Shown one piece after another: positions 1 through 8,679 of a DNA stretch of 64,000 bases (within the stretch, counting starts at the first letter, position 1; each line of letters starts with the position of its first letter). The stretch is from the NCBI GenBank assembly GCA_001940995.1, contig MSHC01000001.1:61028-125027 (forward strand). The letters are read 5' to 3'. The notes beneath the pieces are model-generated. The model did not search any database. It was not told the origin of the DNA and saw nothing but the letters and a program-made list of their open reading frames with translations. A program made the position numbers and the translations under genes. The stretch is from Ruminococcus sp. Phil15 (lineage in GTDB: Bacteria > Bacillota > Clostridia > Oscillospirales > Ruminococcaceae).

Positions 1-1216
1 AGTCCTGTTCCTTTGCAAGACCTCTCACAATGTCCTCCGCAAGCGCCTTGCAGGTAGGTGCGCCGCACGAGCCGCAGTCAAGACCGGGGAGTCTCTGGCA
101 TATCTGCTCAACCTGCTCCATCTTTTTGAGTCCGTCGGCAAAGTTTGTTCCGAGGTTGAATACGGGAGTGTATTCGATCTCGTTTTCTATGTAGGAATTT
201 TGCGGATAATTTTCCGAAAGCCTGTTCTTGGTCACAGGCATATATTTTCTCATGCTCTTGAGCTTTGCCTTGGCAACGTATGGGTTTTCGACCTGAAGAA
301 CGCCGCCGACGCAGCCGCCCGAGCAGGCGTTAAGCTCAATGAATTCAAGGTTAGTGAATTTCTGGTCCTCCAGGTCCTCAAGCACCTTGATTACGTTTTC
401 AATTCCGTCAGCCGCAAGATAGCTGTCTAGAAGAAGTCCGCTTGCCTCGCCGCCCGACGAACCCCAGCTAAGACCGATAATGCCCGAGTTTGAAATTTCA
501 TCCGTCTGGTCGCACGCCTTGAGCATATACGGCAGGATTTTCGGATATACCTTTTTTATAGCTATAACAGCGTCTATTGCGCTCTTTTCATAGCCCAGAG
601 GACTTTTGACCGACGTAACCTTTGCAGGACAGGGCGAAATGAATATAACGCCTATGTCCTCGGCGGCAAGTCCCGTCTTTTCCATTGCGATTCTTTTTGC
701 CTCGCTCGCCGCAATCTCAACAGGCGAGTTGACCTTTAACAGATGCGGCAGGAGGTTTGGAAATCTTACCTGAATAAGTCTTACAACAGACGGACAGGCA
801 GTAGAAATAAACGGTGCGTCTTCCTTGTGCTTTGAAATATATTCTCTCGAAAGCTCAGAAACAAGCTCAGCCGCCGCAGAAACCTCGTAAACGTCGTCAA
901 AGCCCATAAGCTTTAATGCACGAAGCACAATGTTTGTGTCGTCAAGATTGTTGAACTGAGCGTAGAACGACGGCGCAGGTAGCGCAACCGTGTATTTGTA
1001 GTTGTCCATAACCGAAAGAGGGTCGTAGTATGCCTTTTTTGCATGATGAGGGCATACCCTTATACATTCTCCGCAGTCAATGCAGAACTGCTTTATAATT
1101 CTCGCTTTTCCGTTTCGCACTCTGATTGCCTGTGTGGGGCATCGCTTCACGCAGTGTATGCAGCCCTTGCAAAGGTCCTCCTTGAGGCGAACGGAGTTTG
1201 TGTATTTTTCTTCCAC
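1..1216 (-). CDS. [FeFe]-hydrogenase-like sensory protein (HydS-type), N-terminal ~405 aa; C-terminus lies beyond the window edge
   Basis: Absent from the ORF track because it runs off the edge. The reverse frame is open from GTG at 1216 (AGGAGG 7 nt upstream) to position 2. Translation is VEEKYTNSVRLKEDLCKGCIHCVKRCP...CIDCGECIRVCP (two 4Fe-4S ferredoxin motifs). H-domain-like motifs follow: STACPSVV, SPCPAK, ELNACSGGCVGG, then a CGSCGAPTC cysteine cluster. Confidence 0.8.
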   Translation of the reverse strand, partial: MEEKYTNSVRLKEDLCKGCIHCVKRCPTQAIRVRNGKARIIKQFCIDCGECIRVCPHHAKKAYYDPLSVMDNYKYTVALPAPSFYAQFNNLDDTNIVLRALKLMGFDDVYEVSAAAELVSELSREYISKHKEDAPFISTACPSVVRLIQVRFPNLLPHLLKVNSPVEIAASEAKRIAMEKTGLAAEDIGVIFISPCPAKVTSVKSPLGYEKSAIDAVIAIKKVYPKILPYMLKACDQTDEISNSGIIGLSWGSSGGEASGLLLDSYLAADGIENVIKVLEDLEDQKFTNLEFIELNACSGGCVGGVLQVENPYVAKAKLKSMRKYMPVTKNRLSENYPQNSYIENEIEYTPVFNLGTNFADGLKKMEQVEQICQRLPGLDCGSCGAPTCKALAEDIVRGLAKEQD

Positions 1217-1264
1217 ACATATCCCTCCTTTTGTAGTGCAGATAGTGTAAAATGGCGTATAATG

Positions 1265-1684
1265 CTAGATGTTGACCTTCATCGTGACGGTAGTGCCAAC
1301 GCCGATTACCGTGTCAATATCCATCTCGTCGGAATATTTCTTCATATTCGGAAGTCCCATTCCTGCGCCGAAGCCCAGCGCCCTTATGTTTTCCGACGCA
1401 GTAGAATAGCCTGCCTGCATCGCCTTTTCTATGTCGGTAATGCCGGGTCCCTTGTCCTTGAGTACCATAACAATCTGCGTAGGGGTTATCTCAACGGTTA
1501 TCTCCCCGCCGTCTGCGTGTATAACCATATTTATCTCGCCCTCGTACATAGCGATTGCTACTTTCCTTACAGCCTCAGGCGGTACGCCCATCATCTTGAG
1601 CTTCTTTTTCACATCGCTTGAAGCCTCTCCTGCACGGGTGAAGTCCTCGTTGTCAACAGTATATTTTAGTACAAGATTACTCAA
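1265..1684 (-). CDS. GHKL/HATPase_c protein, anti-sigma-factor-like Ser/Thr kinase family
   Basis: The translation (KDKGPGITDIEKAMQAGYSTA...GFGAGMGLPNMKKYSD) resembles RsbW/SpoIIAB-type ATP-binding proteins. TTG at 1684 is preferred because GGAGGTG lies 6 nt upstream and it overlaps the upstream stop. The ORF track gives ATG at 1714. Confidence 0.65.
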   Translation of the reverse strand: MSNLVLKYTVDNEDFTRAGEASSDVKKKLKMMGVPPEAVRKVAIAMYEGEINMVIHADGGEITVEITPTQIVMVLKDKGPGITDIEKAMQAGYSTASENIRALGFGAGMGLPNMKKYSDEMDIDTVIGVGTTVTMKVNI

Positions 1685-2030
1685 GAAGTTCACCTCCGCT
1701 AAGTCCGTTAGCATAAAGCTCGCCGCAAGCCTCGAACATACGAAGCGGCGATGTCATAACGACAAGCCCCCTGTCCTTTGCAAGCTCAATGATATTTTCT
1801 TCAGGCTTTTTGCCCCTTATGAAGCAGATGCAGATAATGTCCATCATTTCTGCCGTCCTTATAACCTGCGGATTGCAAAGTCCAGTCAGAAGCACGGACT
1901 GGTCCTTTACAAACGCAAGAACGTCGCTCATAAGGTCTGAACCGCAGGCGGTGTGTACGTCCTTTGAAACATATTCTTTTCCGCAAAGAATTTCTGCATT
2001 AAGAAGTCTTTTAACATCAGCAATCGTCAT
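1677..2030 (-). CDS. DRTGG domain protein
   Basis: 117-aa ORF with GAGGAG upstream. The sequence (LTGLCNPQVIRTAEMMDIICICFIRGKKP) is typical of small DRTGG proteins encoded next to sensory hydrogenases. Confidence 0.65.
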   Translation of the reverse strand: MTIADVKRLLNAEILCGKEYVSKDVHTACGSDLMSDVLAFVKDQSVLLTGLCNPQVIRTAEMMDIICICFIRGKKPEENIIELAKDRGLVVMTSPLRMFEACGELYANGLSGGELLE

Positions 2031-2099
2031 AAGCTATTTCTCCTCACATAATAAAGTGCGTAGATTTTTCAAAGCATAAAATGGGTTTCGCATAGAAAT

Positions 2100-2128
2100 A
2101 TGATATCATCTTTTGCCCTACTTTGCAA
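2100..2128 (-). promoter_or_regulatory. sigma-A-type promoter for the DRTGG/GHKL/HydS operon
   Basis: The minus strand reads TTGCAA-17 nt-TATCAT with TGn immediately upstream of the -10. Confidence 0.4.
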
Positions 2129-2287
2129 GGTTTTTTTGTAATATTTTGTTGTAAATTTAATGCAAAACATGTAAGTTTTTGTATATTTTTCAATCATAAA
2201 GCACAGACTTGGTGAAAGATGAACAAAATGCACAAAAAAGTTCAGTTCTCTATGTGTGAAATGTTTATAGCATTTTCGGAAAGATTG

Positions 2288-2296
2288 TGATATAAT
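2288..2296 (+). promoter_or_regulatory. extended -10 element (TGaTATAAT) for the hydrogenase operon
   Basis: TGATATAAT lies about 125 nt upstream of the hydC start. The -35 region is poor. Confidence 0.35.
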
Positions 2297-2418
2297 TATC
2301 AATAGTGTAATATGGTATACTTATGCTCGGTCTGCCCGCAGACCGGACATGGGTTGCAAATTACTGTTTTGTTTTTGTTTTGCCATACATACATATAAAT
2401 TTTATAGGAGGTTTTGAA

Positions 2419-2913
2419 ATGGCTAAAAACATTGCTATCCCATTCAAGGGAACAGCAGAGCAGGAAGCTTTGCTTCGTCAGGTTATCGCTGAGCATAAAT
2501 CTGACAAAGGTGCGCTTATGCCTATTCTTCAGAAGGCACAGGAGATTTACGGTTATCTTCCCGTGGAAGTGCAGAAGATTATTGCTACCGAAATGGACAT
2601 CTCCATGGAGAAGATTTACGGCGTAGTAACATTCTACTCACAGTTCTCACTCTATCCAAAGGGAGAGTACACAATCTCGGTTTGTCTCGGTACAGCTTGC
2701 TACGTTAAGGGTTCGGGCGATATCTTCGATAAGCTCACTGAGGTCCTCGGAATCAAGGGCGGAGAAACAACTCCTGACGGAAAGTTTACCCTCGTAGACT
2801 GCCGTTGCATCGGTGCCTGCGGCCTTGCTCCTGTCCTTACAGTAAACGACGACGTTTACGGCAGGCTTACAACTAAGGACGTTGAGGATATCATCGCTAA
2901 GTACAAGGGCTAA
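2419..2913 (+). CDS. hydC: [FeFe]-hydrogenase gamma subunit, NuoE-like 2Fe-2S protein
   Basis: ATG at 2419 follows AGGAGG; the ORF-track start at 2323 is an upstream extension. It carries the thioredoxin-like 2Fe-2S pattern CLGTAC...CRCIGACGLAP. Confidence 0.85.
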   Translation: MAKNIAIPFKGTAEQEALLRQVIAEHKSDKGALMPILQKAQEIYGYLPVEVQKIIATEMDISMEKIYGVVTFYSQFSLYPKGEYTISVCLGTACYVKGSGDIFDKLTEVLGIKGGETTPDGKFTLVDCRCIGACGLAPVLTVNDDVYGRLTTKDVEDIIAKYKG

Positions 2914-2966
2914 TACCCAATAACTTTCAAAGGGGAAAATATCCGCAAGGATATGACTAAAAGCAA

Positions 2967-3524
2967 ATGATGACAGAGCTTTCTCTCAATGTTCTTGACG
3001 TTGCGCAAAACTCCGTCAAGGCAAAGGCTACGCTTATAAAAGTTGCGGTCGAAAGCGATTTTGAAAAGGACCTTATGAAAATCGTTATCTCGGATAACGG
3101 ATGCGGAATGGACGAGCAGCAGCTCAGTGCGGTCTGCGACCCGTTTTATACAACGAGAACGACAAGAAAGGTCGGACTGGGAGTTTCGTTTTTCAAGCTT
3201 GCCGCAGAAAGCGCAGGAGGCGAATTTTCGATAACCTCTGAAAAGGGCGTCGGCACAACTACAACAGCTACCTTTCAGATTTCAAATATCGACAGAATGC
3301 CACTGGGCGATATGACGGCGACAATGCACAGCCTTATAACACTCAATACAGGGATTGACTTTGTTTATGAATACAGGGTTGACGATAAGAGCTTTACTCT
3401 TGATACAAGAGAGTTCCGTGAAATACTCGACGGCGTACCGTTTGATGTGCCGGAGGTTTCCGAGTACATAAGAGAGTATCTCGCCTCTAATAAAGAAGAG
3501 GTCGACTGCGGTAAGATCCTGTAA
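2967..3524 (+). CDS. GHKL (histidine-kinase-like) ATPase domain protein with no DHp/phosphoacceptor domain
   Basis: Motifs ISDNGCGMD and GLGVSFFKL...GVGTT match the HATPase_c N, G1 and G2 boxes. Its position between hydC and hydD matches Caldanaerobacter-type hyd clusters. Confidence 0.7.
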   Translation: MMTELSLNVLDVAQNSVKAKATLIKVAVESDFEKDLMKIVISDNGCGMDEQQLSAVCDPFYTTRTTRKVGLGVSFFKLAAESAGGEFSITSEKGVGTTTTATFQISNIDRMPLGDMTATMHSLITLNTGIDFVYEYRVDDKSFTLDTREFREILDGVPFDVPEVSEYIREYLASNKEEVDCGKIL

Positions 3525-3589
3525 AATCCTGAAGCTAAAAATCAAGATATAAGCGGCGTGAGCCGACTTTTCGGAATGGAGGATTTATA

Positions 3590-3955
3590 ATGAAATCTTT
3601 AGAAGAGCTCAAGGCTATTCGTGAGAAGATGCAGGGCAAGGTTGGCTTCCGTAAGGAAGAAGCCGAGGGCATTCGTGTAGTAGTCGGAATGGCTACCTGC
3701 GGAATCGCAGCAGGCGCAAGACCCGTTCTCAATGCTTTCGTTGAAGGCGTTGCACAGGCCGGTCTTAACGACAAAATCACAGTAACACAGGCAGGTTGTA
3801 TCGGTCTTTGCCAGTATGAGCCGATTGTTGAAATCATAGAGCCGGGCAAGGACAAGATAACCTACGCTAAAATGACACCTGACAAGGCTAAGGAAGTAAT
3901 CGAAAAGCACCTCAAGGGCGGTCAGGTCGTAGCACAGTACACATTATCAATGTAA
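3590..3955 (+). CDS. hydD: small thioredoxin-like 2Fe-2S ferredoxin subunit
   Basis: 121 aa with the Cys pattern GMATCG...AGCIGLCQYEP and GGAGGA upstream. Confidence 0.7.
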   Translation: MKSLEELKAIREKMQGKVGFRKEEAEGIRVVVGMATCGIAAGARPVLNAFVEGVAQAGLNDKITVTQAGCIGLCQYEPIVEIIEPGKDKITYAKMTPDKAKEVIEKHLKGGQVVAQYTLSM

Positions 3956-3975
3956 TTTAAGGAGGAGTACGAATT

Positions 3976-5790
3976 ATGTATCGTTCACACATTCTGGTCT
4001 GCGGCGGAACAGGCTGTACTTCTTCGGGAAGTGCTGCCATTATCGACAAGCTGAACTACGAGCTGGCTAAGAACGGACTCGAAAACGAGGTTCAGGTTGT
4101 AAAGACAGGCTGCCACGGACTCTGCGCACTCGGCCCAATCGCTATCGTATACCCGGAGGGCACATTCTACTCAATGATTAAGGTTGAGGACGTTGAAGAA
4201 ATCGTAACAGAGCACCTTCTCAAGGGTAGAGTAGTAACAAGACTCGTTTATGATGAAACAATCAAAAACGGCGAAGTCAAGGCTTTGGCAGATACCGACT
4301 TCTATAAGAAGCAGAAGAGAATCGCACTCAGAAACTGCGGCGTGATCAATCCTGAGGATATCGAAGAATACATCGGTACAAGAGGATACGAGGCTCTCGG
4401 TAAGGTTCTTACAGAGATGACTCCGGAACAGGTCATCGACACAATTTTAGCTTCAGGACTCAGAGGCAGAGGCGGCGCAGGCTTCCCGACAGGTAAGAAG
4501 TGGCAGCTCGCAAGAAACCTTGTCCAGGACGGCGGTCAGAAGTATGTATGCTGTAACGCCGACGAAGGCGACCCGGGCGCATTTATGGACCGTTCGGTTC
4601 TCGAAGGCGACCCGCACGCTCTTATCGAAGCTATGGCAATCGCAGGCTACGCTATCGGCGCTTCACAGGGCTACGTTTATGTTCGTGCCGAGTACCCGAT
4701 CGCTGTAAGCCGTCTCCAGATTGCTATCGAGCAGGCTCGTGAATACGGTCTCCTCGGTAAGGATATCTTCGGAACAGGCTTCGACTTCGATATCGGTATC
4801 AGACTCGGTGCAGGCGCATTCGTCTGCGGCGAGGAAACCGCTCTTATGACATCTATCGAGGGCAACAGAGGCGAACCTCGTCCACGTCCTCCGTTCCCTG
4901 CTGTTAAGGGCCTTTTTGAAAGACCGACAGTTCTCAACAACGTTGAAACATACGCTAACGTTCCACAGATCATTTTGAACGGCGTTGAATGGTTTACCTC
5001 TATGGGTACCGAAAAGTCCAAGGGTACTAAGGTATTTGCACTCGGCGGTAAAATCAACAACACAGGTCTTGTTGAAGTCCCAATGGGTACAACTCTCCGT
5101 GAAATCGTTGAAGAAATCGGCGGCGGTATCCCTAACGGAAAGAAATTCAAGGCTGCCCAGACAGGCGGACCTTCAGGCGGATGTATCTCTGCTGAAAACC
5201 TCGACGTTCCTATCGACTACGATAACCTCATCGCTATCGGTTCTATGATGGGTTCAGGCGGACTTATCGTTATGGACGAGGACAACTGTATGGTAGATAT
5301 CGCTAAGTTCTTTCTCCAGTTTACGGTTGACGAATCCTGCGGTAAATGTACTCCTTGCCGTATCGGTACAAGAAGACTTCTTGAGCTTCTCGATAAGGTA
5401 ACTAAGGGTCAGGCTACAATGGAAGATATCGACAGAATTGAAAAGCTTTGCTACTACATTAAGGACAACTCTCTCTGCGGTCTTGGTCAGACAGCTCCTA
5501 ACCCTGTTCTTTCCACACTCCAGTATTTCAGAGACGAATACATTGCCCACGTTGTTGACAAAAAGTGTCCTGCAGGCGTATGTAAGGACCTCCTTTCATT
5601 CACAATTGATAAGGATAAGTGTATCGGATGCGGTATGTGCGCTAAGCAGTGTCCTGCAGGTGCAATCTCAAAGACCGATTACATCGCTCCGGGCAAGAAG
5701 CTTCCCGCTCTTGCAATTGATACGTCTAAGTGCGTTAAGTGCGGCGCTTGTATCGAAAAGTGTAAGTTCGGCGCAATAGAAAAGAAGTAA
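3976..5790 (+). CDS. hydB: [FeFe]-hydrogenase beta subunit, NuoF-like NAD(H)/FMN-binding protein
   Basis: Contains GRGGAGFPTGKKW (FMN/NADH site), an N-terminal 2Fe-2S domain, and the C-terminal motifs CIGCGMCAKQCP and CVKCGACIEKC (2x 4Fe-4S). Confidence 0.9.
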   Translation: MYRSHILVCGGTGCTSSGSAAIIDKLNYELAKNGLENEVQVVKTGCHGLCALGPIAIVYPEGTFYSMIKVEDVEEIVTEHLLKGRVVTRLVYDETIKNGEVKALADTDFYKKQKRIALRNCGVINPEDIEEYIGTRGYEALGKVLTEMTPEQVIDTILASGLRGRGGAGFPTGKKWQLARNLVQDGGQKYVCCNADEGDPGAFMDRSVLEGDPHALIEAMAIAGYAIGASQGYVYVRAEYPIAVSRLQIAIEQAREYGLLGKDIFGTGFDFDIGIRLGAGAFVCGEETALMTSIEGNRGEPRPRPPFPAVKGLFERPTVLNNVETYANVPQIILNGVEWFTSMGTEKSKGTKVFALGGKINNTGLVEVPMGTTLREIVEEIGGGIPNGKKFKAAQTGGPSGGCISAENLDVPIDYDNLIAIGSMMGSGGLIVMDEDNCMVDIAKFFLQFTVDESCGKCTPCRIGTRRLLELLDKVTKGQATMEDIDRIEKLCYYIKDNSLCGLGQTAPNPVLSTLQYFRDEYIAHVVDKKCPAGVCKDLLSFTIDKDKCIGCGMCAKQCPAGAISKTDYIAPGKKLPALAIDTSKCVKCGACIEKCKFGAIEKK

Positions 5791-5808
5791 TTGGGAGGAT
5801 ATAGAATA

Positions 5809-7548
5809 ATGGATATGGTTAATATTAAGATTAACGGCGTTCCTGTTTCAGCTCCAAAGGGTTCTACAATCCTCGAAGCCGCAAGAATTGCCGGAATTGA
5901 AATCCCAACGCTCTGCTTCCTCAAGGACATCAACGAGATAGGCGCTTGCCGTATCTGCGTAGTTGAAGTCAAGGGTGCAAGAAGCCTCGTAGCTTCCTGC
6001 GTGTACCCAATCAACGAGGGTATGGAGATTTTCACAAACACACCTAGGGTTCTCGAATCCAGAAAGACAACACTCAAGCTCATTCTTTCTAACCACGACA
6101 AGAAGTGCCTCTCCTGCGTGAGAAGCGGTAACTGCGAGCTTCAGAAGCTCTGCCGTGACCTCGGCGTTGAGGACGAAGAAGAATTTGCAGGCGTCAGAAC
6201 TGAAGTCGAAATTGATGATTCTGCAGCACATATGATAAGAGATAACGGAAAGTGCATACTCTGCCGCCGCTGTGTCGCCGTATGCGAAAAGAATCAGGCA
6301 GTAGGCGTTATCGGCGCAAACGAAAGAGGCTTCAAGACCAATATCGGCACAAGCTTTGAAATCGGACTCGCTGATACATCGTGCGTATCCTGCGGTCAGT
6401 GTATCGCCGTATGTCCGACAGGCGCTCTCAGAGAAAAGGAATCCATCGACGATGTGTTCGCTGCAATCGCAGACCCGACTAAGACAGTTCTGGTTCAGAC
6501 AGCTCCTGCCGTAAGAGCCGCTCTCGGTGAAGCGTTCGGTATGCCAATCGGCACAGACGTAGAAGGCAAGATGGCTGCCGCTCTCAGAAGACTCGGCTTT
6601 GATAAGGTGTTCGACACAGACTTTGCCGCTGACCTTACAATTATGGAAGAAGCACACGAGTTCGTCGATAGAGTTAAGAACGGCGGTAAGCTTCCGCTTA
6701 TCACTTCCTGCTCACCGGGATGGGTAAAGTACTGCGAGCATTACTTCCCTGAACTCACAGATAACCTCTCAAGCTGTAAATCTCCTATGCAGATGTTCGG
6801 CGCCACAGCTAAGACATATTACGCTCAGAAGATGGGCATTGACCCTAAGGATATCGTAGTAGTTGCCGTAATGCCATGTACTGCAAAGAAGTTTGAAATC
6901 GGCAGAGACGACGAAAATGCAGCAGGCGTTGCAGACGTTGACTTTGCTATCACAACAAGAGAGCTTGCAAGAATGATCGACAAGGCAGGCATCAAGTTTA
7001 CTCAGCTCCCTGATGAAAAGTTTGACGAGCCTCTCGGACTCTCCACAGGCGCAGGCGTTATCTTCGGCGCAACAGGCGGAGTTATGGAAGCAGCTCTCAG
7101 AACTGCCGTTGAAACGCTCACAGGCGAACAGCTCCAGTCCCTCGACTTTACAGATGTAAGAGGAACAGAGGGCATCAAGGAAGCTTCCTACGACGTTGCC
7201 GGTATGACAGTTAAAGTTGCAGTAGCTTCTGGCCTTGCAAACGCTAAGGCACTTCTCAAGAAGGTTGAAAGCGGCGAAGCCGACTACCACTTCATCGAGA
7301 TCATGGGTTGCCCGGGCGGATGCGTAAACGGCGGCGGTCAGCCACAGCAGCCGGGTTATATCAGAAATACCGTTGATATCCGTGGACTCAGAGCTAAGGT
7401 TCTCTACGATATAGACGCTGATATGCCAATCAGAAAGTCGCACGAAAATCCTGCAATCAAGGAAGTTTACGCTGACTTCTTCGGAGAGCCGGGTTCTGAA
7501 AAGGCACACCACATTCTCCACACAACATACGTTAAGAGAGGTCTTTAA
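5809..7548 (+). CDS. hydA: [FeFe]-hydrogenase catalytic subunit (H-cluster domain plus N-terminal 2Fe-2S and 4Fe-4S domains)
   Basis: ATG at 5809 lies after GGGAGG. Motifs present are TSCSPGW, MPCTAKKFE, EIMGCPGGCVNGGGQP, CILCRRCVAVC and CVSCGQCIAVCP. Confidence 0.9.
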   Translation: MDMVNIKINGVPVSAPKGSTILEAARIAGIEIPTLCFLKDINEIGACRICVVEVKGARSLVASCVYPINEGMEIFTNTPRVLESRKTTLKLILSNHDKKCLSCVRSGNCELQKLCRDLGVEDEEEFAGVRTEVEIDDSAAHMIRDNGKCILCRRCVAVCEKNQAVGVIGANERGFKTNIGTSFEIGLADTSCVSCGQCIAVCPTGALREKESIDDVFAAIADPTKTVLVQTAPAVRAALGEAFGMPIGTDVEGKMAAALRRLGFDKVFDTDFAADLTIMEEAHEFVDRVKNGGKLPLITSCSPGWVKYCEHYFPELTDNLSSCKSPMQMFGATAKTYYAQKMGIDPKDIVVVAVMPCTAKKFEIGRDDENAAGVADVDFAITTRELARMIDKAGIKFTQLPDEKFDEPLGLSTGAGVIFGATGGVMEAALRTAVETLTGEQLQSLDFTDVRGTEGIKEASYDVAGMTVKVAVASGLANAKALLKKVESGEADYHFIEIMGCPGGCVNGGGQPQQPGYIRNTVDIRGLRAKVLYDIDADMPIRKSHENPAIKEVYADFFGEPGSEKAHHILHTTYVKRGL

Positions 7549-7570
7549 TCCTTAAAACGTGTAGTATATC

Positions 7571-7604
7571 AATCGCCGTCAAGTTATCTTGACGGCGATT
7601 TTTG
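7571..7604 (+). terminator. intrinsic terminator of the hyd operon
   Basis: 13-bp stem AATCGCCGTCAAG/CTTGACGGCGATT, loop TTAT, followed by a T run. Confidence 0.7.
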
Positions 7605-7662
7605 CTTCTCAGCTTTTGACAAATTTAGCCGCATCAGAATAATACGGATTTCTTACATAAAT

Positions 7663-7701
7663 AAAGAAGCAGTACTTTTTTCGTACTGCTTCTTTATTTT
7701 T
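7663..7701. terminator. bidirectional stem-loop terminator
   Basis: 13-bp stem AAAGAAGCAGTAC/GTACTGCTTCTTT flanked by an A run and a T run. It may serve pheA on the minus strand. Confidence 0.6.
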
Positions 7702-7704
7702 ATA

Positions 7705-7732
7705 TTGACGTAACACAACGTTTTGATATAAT
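7705..7732 (+). promoter_or_regulatory. orphan consensus-like promoter pointing into the 3' end of pheA (antisense)
   Basis: TTGACG-16 nt-TGaTATAAT. No plus-strand ORF with a usable RBS lies downstream. Confidence 0.35.
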
Positions 7733-7808
7733 AAGCACAACCGTCTGGAAGTATGCCGTTTTCTATACTAGTTGTGCAACTTTTATGCACAGGCTTGTCT
7801 GGCGGAAA

Positions 7809-8678
7809 TCATTCCGAAGCGTCGGAGATTTCGCTGTAAATGCCAAGCACCTCAAGCTTTGAGAGATATCCCTCTAGTTCTGAAATAAGCGACTTGGTTT
7901 CCGCGTCCGAAAGCCTCGCCTCAAAATCAATGTAGAACAAAAACTCGAAGTCCGTGCCGGGAATAGGCCTGCTCTCAATTTTTGTCAGATTGACTCCACG
8001 CTGTGCGAAAATGCCCAGAAGTCCGTAAAGCGAGCAGGGCTTGTGCGGGAGTGAGCAAACAATGCTGAATTTGTCCGAGCCGTCGTATACTACGGGACTT
8101 TTGCTTATGCAGATAAACCTCGTGCAGTTGTACTGTGCGTCCTGAATGCCAATGGCGAGAGGTTTAAGCCCGTATATCTCCTTGCACTGAATGGAGCAGA
8201 TCGCCGCCAGATCATCTCTGCCGCTCTCCGCCACAAGTCTTGCCGCGAGCGCCGTGTTCGAGCATACAGTTACCTTTATGTGCGGGTGACTCTTAATAAA
8301 TTCCGAGCATTGACCGATTGCCTGCTCGTGGGACAGAATTTCGGTAATGCCCGAAAGCCGTGAGCTTTCCCTGCCCAGAAGATTGTGGGTAATGGAAATC
8401 TTCACCGCCTTGACAATTCCGAAGCTGTGCTTTTGCATAAGGTCGTAAACAGCCGTAACAGAGCCGTGCGTGCTGTTTTCAATGGGCAGTATTCCATACT
8501 GACACATTCCGCTTTCTACCGCAGAAAACACTGCAGAAAAGCTTTTGAAGAACATAATGTCAGGGTCGGTAAAAAGCGTCCTGCAAGCTGTTTCCGAGTT
8601 TGAGCCTGCAATGCCCTGACAGGCTACAACCGACTTATGTGGGAATGGGTCTGCCGCTCTCTTGATTTCAATATCCAT
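7809..8678 (-). CDS. pheA: prephenate dehydratase with C-terminal ACT domain
   Basis: Signature TRF and ESRP motifs (NCTRFICI, KIESRPIPG). The start abuts the aroF stop. Confidence 0.9.
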   Translation of the reverse strand: MDIEIKRAADPFPHKSVVACQGIAGSNSETACRTLFTDPDIMFFKSFSAVFSAVESGMCQYGILPIENSTHGSVTAVYDLMQKHSFGIVKAVKISITHNLLGRESSRLSGITEILSHEQAIGQCSEFIKSHPHIKVTVCSNTALAARLVAESGRDDLAAICSIQCKEIYGLKPLAIGIQDAQYNCTRFICISKSPVVYDGSDKFSIVCSLPHKPCSLYGLLGIFAQRGVNLTKIESRPIPGTDFEFLFYIDFEARLSDAETKSLISELEGYLSKLEVLGIYSEISDASE

Positions 8679-8679
8679 T

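Noticed and set aside
2285-2304. Rex (redox repressor) operator at the hyd promoter (TTGTGATATAATTATCAATA)
   Set aside because: Only the left half-site resembles TTGTGAA. The right half matches about 4 of 7 positions, and the similarity is largely due to the TATAAT -10 box.
5848-7521. Long minus-strand ORFs (269 aa and 250 aa) inside hydA
   Set aside because: They are antisense to a strongly supported hydrogenase gene. Their Cys/Ser/Ala-rich nonsense composition is typical of shadow ORFs.
7753-7836. 27-codon plus-strand ORF downstream of the orphan promoter
   Set aside because: The SD-like GGAAG lies only 1 nt from the ATG, and the ORF overlaps the pheA stop region. It is more likely non-coding if transcribed at all.
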